The notes under the pieces were generated by a model. The model saw nothing but the letters and a program-made list of their open reading frames with translations. It made no database searches and was not told where the DNA came from. Below, piece after piece: positions 45,959 to 53,294 of a stretch of DNA of 64,000 nt (position 1 is its first letter; each line of letters opens with the position of its first letter). The stretch covers positions 248,001 to 312,000 of IMG/VR virus record IMGVR_UViG_3300043418_000114. One strand, 5' to 3'. The translations under genes were made by a program, and so were the position numbers.

Positions 45959-46483
45959 TTATTTTGACTTGGTGTCGGTTGTTGAATATGTTTTAAGTAT
46001 TTCAGTGTTATGCATAAAGAAACTATCAAATTCCATGATTATCCAGTCTCCGTATTTTTTTGATGTATAATAGACAAAATTATCAGTCTTCCATGTTAGT
46101 TTGCTTTGAACAGCAATGTAACGACCTTTGCGATTAAACTTCATAAACAGAAGATTAACATCGTCAGGGTCAGCTACTTCTAGAAGTTGATCCAGCCAAG
46201 CATCTAATACTTTACATTCCCCTGTAAGTAAAAGATGAAATGGGAAGTCAGCATAGAATTTACATTCAATGTTCATTTTACTGAACGATTCACCAGGAAT
46301 AACATCGCCCTTGAAAGTGCGAATCTGTCCCTCGTGTAGTACTTCTTTGCGTACTTGATTCTTCCCACCCACATAAGCACCAGAACCAGGAGCGCGGATG
46401 AATGATTCACCATATGCCTCTGATAGATATTTTGCGATTTCTCGTTCAAAACCTGAACCTTTTGCTTTCTGTGGACTTGTCAT
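45959..46483 (-). CDS. Holliday-junction resolvase-like PD-(D/E)XK nuclease
   Basis: KAKGSGFEREIAKYL, GDVI and IECK. Confidence 0.8.
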   Translation of the reverse strand: MTSPQKAKGSGFEREIAKYLSEAYGESFIRAPGSGAYVGGKNQVRKEVLHEGQIRTFKGDVIPGESFSKMNIECKFYADFPFHLLLTGECKVLDAWLDQLLEVADPDDVNLLFMKFNRKGRYIAVQSKLTWKTDNFVYYTSKKYGDWIIMEFDSFFMHNTEILKTYSTTDTKSK

Positions 46484-46518
46484 ACTCTTACTTATGCAGG
46501 TAAATTATCTGTTAAAAA

Positions 46519-48591
46519 TTATTCTGTCTCGGTAGCTGTGCTGTAGCTAGTGAAACCATTTTCTTTTATGACCTTGAGAACGTTTGGAACACGACCGGCT
46601 AGTTCTTCACGATGTGACACAAGCCAGATTGATTTGTGACGACGACGAGACATATCTTTTAGGATAGCTAGACTGTTTTCAACGCCCATTGTATCTAAGC
46701 CACTGTCGATCAATTCGTCAATGAATAGAGTATTGATAGGAGCGTATAAGTTTTCCCAAACATCACGGAAAGCAAAAGATAAGCCTAGAATCAAACGATT
46801 ACGTTCACCACGTGACAAGTTATCAAAGTCAAGTTCACGACCCAACTCAGTGATTTCAACTTGCAAATCGTTTTTAAATACAACATTGTGTGGCAAGCCA
46901 ATCTTATCAAGATAGTGTGTAAGTCGAGTATTCAGGTAACTCAAGTTCTGGTCAATGATCTTCTTACGAACAAACGAATCTTTACTGACCAACAAATCAA
47001 GCAAGAACTTTTGGTGTTCCATTGTTTTTGTCAATTCATTGATTCTGTCAAACTTTACTTCCTGAAGTGCATGAGACTCCATCTCTGCAATTTGATCTTG
47101 ATAAGGATCAGACTCACTCGCTTTGCTCTCAATCTGTAATAATAATGACGAGACCTTTGTTCGATGCTCAATTGCTTGGGCTTCGGTATCGTAATGAGTA
47201 GATGGACATGGGCCAAGAGTGACGCTAGCCGTATCAAAAAGCTGTTCACTGAATGGGTTATTTTCATTTTCCTTCTCCATGATTTGCTTTTTGATATTTT
47301 CAATCTCGGTAGATTGACGAATAGCTTCGGCTTCTGTCTTGTAATGAGTTGTTGGCTTCTCAATCACAAAGATTTCTTTGGATCGTAGTTCGTTCCACTC
47401 ATTCAATAATCTAGTTGCAGTCTCTTGAGCATCTGATAATAATTTTTTCTTATCTTCTAATACTTTGCCGTGTTGATCGTCATGGAAATGTTGACCACAT
47501 GCATAGCAAGTATGATCTTCCAATGATTGCACTTCTGCAACTAGCTTTTTAACTAGTGCATCTTCCTTGTCGATTTCTTTGGAAAGTCGTGCGATTTCTT
47601 TATCACGATCTGCTAGCTCTTTTGACTTTTGAATATGTTCTGCAAGGTCTTTGTGCGCCTGTAGTTCAGCAGTAAAATCAATATGACTTAACTCATCCAT
47701 TTTAAGTTTGAGTTGATCAATGTCTTTGTCTTGCTTTTGCATCCATGCAGTCTGTCTAGCGATCAATGCATCATATGCCTCTTGTTGTTTCTTTTTCTCG
47801 TTCCAAATAGTTAACTCTTTGTGAGCTAGTAATTCGGTATCGATATCAATTTTAATCAAGTCATCATATGACAGGGCAAGGTGAGATAAATCTTCATCAT
47901 GTTTTTTCAGCCATAGCGTTTGTCTACGCTTGAATGCTTCGATTTGTTCTTTAACTCGCTTGTTAGCTTCTTCGACTGCCTTAACACGGAACTCTTCCTG
48001 TTGAATTTCATCTTTGCTATTGCGAATCATTTCCTTGACAACTTCTGCTTTCTCTGATAGCAAAGTGATGCCCAACAATTGTTCAATGATTTCACGTTGT
48101 TCATTATTCTTAAGTGCCAAGAACGGTTGACTATAGGTATTCAAAACGACTATATGGCGGAACATTTCAGGTGTCATGTTAATAACACGTTCAATTGCCG
48201 CCTGAGTTTCTTTATTTTCGCCTTGCTGGTCTTCTGACGCTTTTTGTTGTTCATCATTCACGTAGAATTTCAACACATTGGGTTTACGTCCACGTTCGAT
48301 TTTGTACTTAGTACCATTGACCATGAATTCAAGTGTAACCATCATTGCTTTGCCGTTTGTACGATTGACAAGGTTATCTTTTCTGATATCATTGATTGGT
48401 ACACCAAAAAGAGCATACGACAGACCTTGAATTAGGGTGGTCTTGCCGGTACCATTACGAGCACCGTCGCCACCTAAGTCTAAGTTCTCGCCTAGAATGA
48501 GTGTTAATTCTTTTTTGTCAAAGTTGACTGCTTGTGTTACTTGCCCAATTGATAGGAAGTTGCGTAAAGTTATGTTTTGTAATGTAATCAT
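46519..48591 (-). CDS. gp46: recombination endonuclease ATPase subunit (gp46/SbcC/Rad50-like)
   Basis: Walker A NGTGKTT, Q-loop region, CYAC zinc hook, signature LSRGE, Walker B LFIDE and VSH. Confidence 0.95.
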   Translation of the reverse strand: MITLQNITLRNFLSIGQVTQAVNFDKKELTLILGENLDLGGDGARNGTGKTTLIQGLSYALFGVPINDIRKDNLVNRTNGKAMMVTLEFMVNGTKYKIERGRKPNVLKFYVNDEQQKASEDQQGENKETQAAIERVINMTPEMFRHIVVLNTYSQPFLALKNNEQREIIEQLLGITLLSEKAEVVKEMIRNSKDEIQQEEFRVKAVEEANKRVKEQIEAFKRRQTLWLKKHDEDLSHLALSYDDLIKIDIDTELLAHKELTIWNEKKKQQEAYDALIARQTAWMQKQDKDIDQLKLKMDELSHIDFTAELQAHKDLAEHIQKSKELADRDKEIARLSKEIDKEDALVKKLVAEVQSLEDHTCYACGQHFHDDQHGKVLEDKKKLLSDAQETATRLLNEWNELRSKEIFVIEKPTTHYKTEAEAIRQSTEIENIKKQIMEKENENNPFSEQLFDTASVTLGPCPSTHYDTEAQAIEHRTKVSSLLLQIESKASESDPYQDQIAEMESHALQEVKFDRINELTKTMEHQKFLLDLLVSKDSFVRKKIIDQNLSYLNTRLTHYLDKIGLPHNVVFKNDLQVEITELGRELDFDNLSRGERNRLILGLSFAFRDVWENLYAPINTLFIDELIDSGLDTMGVENSLAILKDMSRRRHKSIWLVSHREELAGRVPNVLKVIKENGFTSYSTATETE

Positions 48592-49178
48592 AGTTTTTCA
48601 AAATATTCATGTAGCTCTGGGATAAATCTAGCACTGATTATTACCCTAGTGTCTTCCCTCTCGCTGTATGGTCTATGTGGTATAGACACATTGACCCAAG
48701 CAGGAGTTGATGCATCTAATCTATCAATTTCTGTGTATGGCAAATCGTATTTTATCGTTCTTGCGCTGGTCAAGTCTGGATGATCCGCTATGATAGGTGC
48801 ATACTCTATAGTGGCATCGTACCATACAGTATATGTCCCCTCGCAGTTGAACAATGGTATATTCAATCCACATACTCTTTGTTCAGGATCAACGTGATCA
48901 ATATGAATGACTGGAATATTTGATGCTAATTTTGATGCTGTTGCAAGTAATGATATATCCCATCTATCAAAGAATCCAGTACTCTTTATCATGTCAACAT
49001 ATGTTGGAGAATAACTAGTAACTTCTTCCTTCGTCAATGGAATAAATTCCGACATTGGTGTTTGAGTGCCATCAAAACACGCAGGAACATATTTTTCAAC
49101 TAAGGGTTTTAATTCTTGTTGAATTTTTTCTAAATTATTTACTGTAGCTGTTTTGTATGTCCAGGATGGAATGTTCAT
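48588..49178 (-). CDS. putative 2OG-Fe(II) dioxygenase-like (DSBH) protein
   Basis: HxD (IHID), LNIPL, a distal His (SIPH) and RVIIS. ATGA overlaps on both sides. Confidence 0.55.
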   Translation of the reverse strand: MNIPSWTYKTATVNNLEKIQQELKPLVEKYVPACFDGTQTPMSEFIPLTKEEVTSYSPTYVDMIKSTGFFDRWDISLLATASKLASNIPVIHIDHVDPEQRVCGLNIPLFNCEGTYTVWYDATIEYAPIIADHPDLTSARTIKYDLPYTEIDRLDASTPAWVNVSIPHRPYSEREDTRVIISARFIPELHEYFEKL

Positions 49179-50191
49179 AAATTGTTATAAATGTCCAGTA
49201 GAATTTTTTTGTCGAATGAGTTAGATTCGATTGCATTGATTTGGTCGATGATAATTTGATCAACTGATTCAAATTTAATGCCGTCACTATTTTGTCCTTG
49301 TTCAATCGCTTCGCCCTTTACTGGAATCAACGACATTTCACGTAGTTTGTGTTCAGGGATTAGAGTCTCACGAATGAAGTTTGCTTCTTCATAACTAATA
49401 TCAATGTCTAGATGTACTCTAACATGTGAATCAATTAGTAGCAATCCTTCTGGATTCTCTAAGATTTCTGACAATTTGTAGACACGATAGATTGGCTGAC
49501 GTGGCCAAGAATAAAACTCTGGCTCTTGGTCCCACGCTAGTATCATCATGCCACGCGCATCATCACCAGCGTCTGCGTAGTTGTGAGGGAAGGCATTGCC
49601 AATGTACCAGATGTTTTTCTGTGCTTGTCGCTTGTGAAAATGACCAGAAAAGACTTTCTCAAACTGTCCAACGTGATCAGTATTTAATTCACCGTGATCT
49701 GGCATTTCTACCATGGCATTCATGTAGAAGTGTGGCAATTCAAAGTGACCAAACAGATACTTGCCAGACATTTTCTGTAATTTTTTGTAATCGTCGGCAA
49801 CTAGCCAAGGCGCAATCGTTACATTACCTTCTTGAAAGAAGTCGTTGATAATCTTGACATTAGGCAAGTGCTTGCCCCACTCAACTGAGTGAATGTCACG
49901 ACGATCACGGTAGTACAAGTCGTGATTGCCTGGAATAAAATAAACAGTTTCAAAACTATTACTCAGCTTCTCCAATGATTGGAGACCAAACTGTAGGGTT
50001 TGAATGTTAATACTAGCACGATGATGATTCCAATCACCTAGAAAAATGCAAGTCTCGCATCCTTCTGATTGTGCTTTCTTAATGAACCAATCGACAAAAT
50101 TGGCACAGTCTTGATTATGTTGCAAACTGTTTGACTTTAATCCAAAATGAATGTCAGTGAAAACAGCGGCTTTCTTAAATAGGTTGCTCAT
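49175..50191 (-). CDS. gp47: recombination endonuclease nuclease subunit (gp47/SbcD/Mre11-like)
   Basis: DIHFG, GDWNH, GNHD, GHFE and SGHFH metallophosphoesterase motifs. Confidence 0.95.
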   Translation of the reverse strand: MSNLFKKAAVFTDIHFGLKSNSLQHNQDCANFVDWFIKKAQSEGCETCIFLGDWNHHRASINIQTLQFGLQSLEKLSNSFETVYFIPGNHDLYYRDRRDIHSVEWGKHLPNVKIINDFFQEGNVTIAPWLVADDYKKLQKMSGKYLFGHFELPHFYMNAMVEMPDHGELNTDHVGQFEKVFSGHFHKRQAQKNIWYIGNAFPHNYADAGDDARGMMILAWDQEPEFYSWPRQPIYRVYKLSEILENPEGLLLIDSHVRVHLDIDISYEEANFIRETLIPEHKLREMSLIPVKGEAIEQGQNSDGIKFESVDQIIIDQINAIESNSFDKKILLDIYNNL

Positions 50192-50203
50192 AAGTGGTAG
50201 TAT

Positions 50204-50233
50204 AAAATAGAAAGAGGTTGTAAAACAACCTCT
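50204..50233 (-). terminator. hairpin downstream of the gp55-like gene
   Basis: The minus strand reads AGAGGTTG-TTTTA-CAACCTCT followed by TTCTATTTT. Confidence 0.55.
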
Positions 50234-50254
50234 ATGGTTAAATCAAAAGTGTTA

Positions 50255-51172
50255 TTATTCTTCGTAGCTCATTGAGCCACCCATTCCAGCACCTTGTCTA
50301 CTCCAACTTGGATTTAGACCATTCATTTCCAGAATGTCGTCTCGGATGTTTTGATTACGTTTCTCTGTGTTTAAAACGCGGCAGAAGCTATTTGTAATGG
50401 CGGCTGTATAGTAAGCAAAGGGATTGGCCGATTTAGCTTCGTTAAAGCGCAATCCAACGTAGGTAAGTTGAAGAATGGCTGAGTTACGCATCTCGTCGTT
50501 GTATGTGTAGCCACGCCAGTTGAACTTCATGGCATACTTTTCACACATCATGATATACATTCTGGCTAGCTTGTTAGTAACTTGACCATGATCCTTTGAG
50601 AACTCACCTGTCTCTAGATCACCTTTCCAGTGACTCTTGCCTACGCAATAAAATGTATTGTTTGCGTCGATCTTATAGTGTTGGAATGGAGGGAAATTGA
50701 CTTTGACATGAACCATGTCGTCAATCTCTGCTTTGGTTGTGGTATCTTCTAAGTCTGCAAAGATTTCATCTGGATCCGAATCTTCGAATTCGAAAATGTC
50801 TTTTGCGGTCTTCTTTTTAACAGTCTTGCGCGGCTGTTTTGGCGCAACTGGAATGTGGTCCCACGTCATGACACGAAACATTAAATCAGTGACGGGAATT
50901 GATAATGGGTCAGTCGTGCCTTTTGCCAGACCTTGCTCAACGTCCATTCTGGCGGCACGTGTCTCTCTTGCTTCCTGGATAGTTTCGGGCTTTAGTGCGT
51001 ATTCAAATGATTCTTCTAGTGTATTTTGTGGCAAATCAACGATAAAGTCGTAGCGGTGCTGGTCAGGTGCTGAAAATGTGCAGTAAGTTGTTTTGCTTTC
51101 GTGAATTTCTTTCAGGATATCTTTGTTGTTCAGATAATTTACTGGCTTTTTTGGTGTAGGTAATAGGGACAT
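50255..51172 (-). CDS. gp55: late transcription sigma factor (T4 gp55-like)
   Basis: NYLNNKDIL, NWRGYTYNDEM, FNEAKSANPFAYYT...NSF.R....EK. Confidence 0.88.
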   Translation of the reverse strand: MSLLPTPKKPVNYLNNKDILKEIHESKTTYCTFSAPDQHRYDFIVDLPQNTLEESFEYALKPETIQEARETRAARMDVEQGLAKGTTDPLSIPVTDLMFRVMTWDHIPVAPKQPRKTVKKKTAKDIFEFEDSDPDEIFADLEDTTTKAEIDDMVHVKVNFPPFQHYKIDANNTFYCVGKSHWKGDLETGEFSKDHGQVTNKLARMYIMMCEKYAMKFNWRGYTYNDEMRNSAILQLTYVGLRFNEAKSANPFAYYTAAITNSFCRVLNTEKRNQNIRDDILEMNGLNPSWSRQGAGMGGSMSYEE

Positions 51173-51197
51173 AATTCTCCGTGGTTATGGTGGGATT

Positions 51198-51226
51198 AGT
51201 ATAGCACAATTGTTGTAGAAATACAA
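51198..51226 (-). promoter_or_regulatory. sigma70-like promoter for the gp55-like gene
   Basis: The minus strand reads TTGTAT, 17 nt, TATACT, with TG at the extended -10 position. Confidence 0.65.
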
Positions 51227-51300
51227 CACTTTTCGGTGCAAAGAGACTGGAAACAGCACTTTATTTAGTAGATAAATATAAGCAAGGATATTCATATATT

Positions 51301-52974
51301 ATGGCTCAATACACTAGTACAAGCACAACTGGCGGCGGGATCGTTGTCAATTCTATTTTTGACACTGAAACAAACACAATAACGTACACTGCAACAGCGC
51401 CTAACGGCGCGGTGGCAACTGTTAGTCAAAATGCTAGCACCGGTCTCAATAACTCAGTGGTAACGTCCCTTAAGACACAACTATCTCAGGGCGGAGCAGA
51501 CGCGCAGACGTTTTCGATTGGGTTGTTACCCGCCCTTTCGGCAACATCTAACAACGTAATTGATCAATCAACAAAAGCAGACGCAACATCGACCGTCACA
51601 GGAAATCCACCTCCGCAGGAAGTCCAACCAATCCCTGTATCTCCGCTATCAGATGCAGATGCCGCTAAAGCCGAAGCATTCCAGCGCATACAAGAAAATA
51701 TGAGCAAACCAAAAGTTGATGTTCCATTGGATCAAATGATAGCTGATGTTAAAGCGGCACAAGATGCAAATGATGCCGCAAATGGAATAGTCAAAGATCC
51801 CGCAACGATTGCCCAAGAAGAAACTATCGCGGCTCAACTAGCGGCTATCGACGCAAACAGAAGTAACCCACAAGAAACACCGGCCCCAATCGAGGGACCG
51901 GTCCCAATATTCAAACAGGATCAGATCAATAAACAAATCGTATTACCTAATGATAATCCAACTGGTCCATCATATGATGATGAAGGCAACTTGATGCCAG
52001 GCTGGTCACTGGACGAAGAAAATAATCCAGTATGGATCGGAAATAACAAAGATGGAACAGTGTTCGTGGAACCAGCCGTTCAAGCTAGCGCCGCGGCAAG
52101 TCGTGCATCCGTCCAGGGCTTAAAGGCCAAAGCGCAATCACAGGCTACCCAACGCAATGCATCAGACTTTGCAAAAGCAGGCGACTGGCGTGTTCGATTA
52201 AGTCTTGCTCCTGGTGCAGATTATCTATACAAGTCACCTAACGCAACAGAACTTGGAATATTAAAGCCATTGGCAGCCACCGATGGCATCATTTTCCCAT
52301 ACACTCCAAGTATAAGTGTTGCATATAACGCATCTTATGACAATACCGAATTGACACATAGCAACTATAGAATGTATCAATACAAGTCAAGTAGTGTTGA
52401 TAATATCACGATTTCATGTGATTTTACTGCTCAAGACACACAGGAAGCAAACTACTTACTAGCGACGATTCACTTCCTACGAACAATCACGAAAATGTTC
52501 TATGGTCAAGATAAAGGACCTGCTCCTGGAACACCACCTCCACTGGTTTATCTAACCGGCTTAGGCGCATTCCAATTCGATAGACATCCACTAGCGATTA
52601 CCAATTTTAATTATACGTTGCCCAATGAGGTTGACTATATACGTGCTGGTGTACCTGCATCGCCACCTGGTGTCGCTAAAAATACACCTGGAGAAACCAA
52701 TAAGCCATCTCTATTCAGTCAAGTAACATCCGTTGCTAGTAGATTATTTGGATCTAATTTATTGGCCGGCGCACAAGCCGCCCCTCCAGCGTGGAAAACA
52801 ACCCAAACAGGAACAGTAACTGAGCCAACTTATGTACCTACCAAGATGCAGATACAAATAACAGCAGTGCCAATTGTTTCACGTGGAGATATTAGTAATA
52901 GATTCAGTTTGACTAAGTATGGAACAGGCGATTTATTGAGAGGTTCTAAGAATAATGCTGGAGGAATTTGGTAA
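51301..52974 (+). CDS. baseplate/tail-tube initiator-like protein (gp48/gp54-like C-terminal domain) with a long N-terminal extension
   Basis: GIIFPYTPSI...SNY..Y.Y.SS.VD.I.I.CDFTAQ...EANYLLA.IHFLR..TKMFYG...GTPPP. Confidence 0.65.
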   Translation: MAQYTSTSTTGGGIVVNSIFDTETNTITYTATAPNGAVATVSQNASTGLNNSVVTSLKTQLSQGGADAQTFSIGLLPALSATSNNVIDQSTKADATSTVTGNPPPQEVQPIPVSPLSDADAAKAEAFQRIQENMSKPKVDVPLDQMIADVKAAQDANDAANGIVKDPATIAQEETIAAQLAAIDANRSNPQETPAPIEGPVPIFKQDQINKQIVLPNDNPTGPSYDDEGNLMPGWSLDEENNPVWIGNNKDGTVFVEPAVQASAAASRASVQGLKAKAQSQATQRNASDFAKAGDWRVRLSLAPGADYLYKSPNATELGILKPLAATDGIIFPYTPSISVAYNASYDNTELTHSNYRMYQYKSSSVDNITISCDFTAQDTQEANYLLATIHFLRTITKMFYGQDKGPAPGTPPPLVYLTGLGAFQFDRHPLAITNFNYTLPNEVDYIRAGVPASPPGVAKNTPGETNKPSLFSQVTSVASRLFGSNLLAGAQAAPPAWKTTQTGTVTEPTYVPTKMQIQITAVPIVSRGDISNRFSLTKYGTGDLLRGSKNNAGGIW

Positions 52975-53294
52975 TGGCAGTTAATAACACAAACCCTTTA
53001 TATTCCGCGACGAGTCCATATAATGGAACAGGAATTGTAAATAATAAATTTTTAGATGTAATGGTCAATAGACCTATTCCAATGTTGGCAACTGATATCT
53101 ATTGGAATATTACACCGACTTATGAATATCGTCCTGATCTATTAGCATATGACTTATATAACGACAGTAGATTATGGTGGGTATTTGCACAACGTAATCC
53201 AAACAGATTGAAAGATCCATATTTTGATTTTGTTGCAGGAGTTGGAATTTATTTGCCAAAGCTAGACACATTACAACAGACACTAGGACTATAA
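52974..53294 (+). CDS. baseplate wedge protein (gp53/LysM-like)
   Basis: YEYRPDLLAYDLYNDSRLWWVF. TAATG overlap with the previous stop. Confidence 0.8.
   Translation: MAVNNTNPLYSATSPYNGTGIVNNKFLDVMVNRPIPMLATDIYWNITPTYEYRPDLLAYDLYNDSRLWWVFAQRNPNRLKDPYFDFVAGVGIYLPKLDTLQQTLGL

Noticed and set aside
45819-46070. 83-aa plus-strand ORF overlapping the structured region and the resolvase end
   Set aside because: No SD, antisense to the resolvase, and no motif. The hairpin pattern explains the sequence better.
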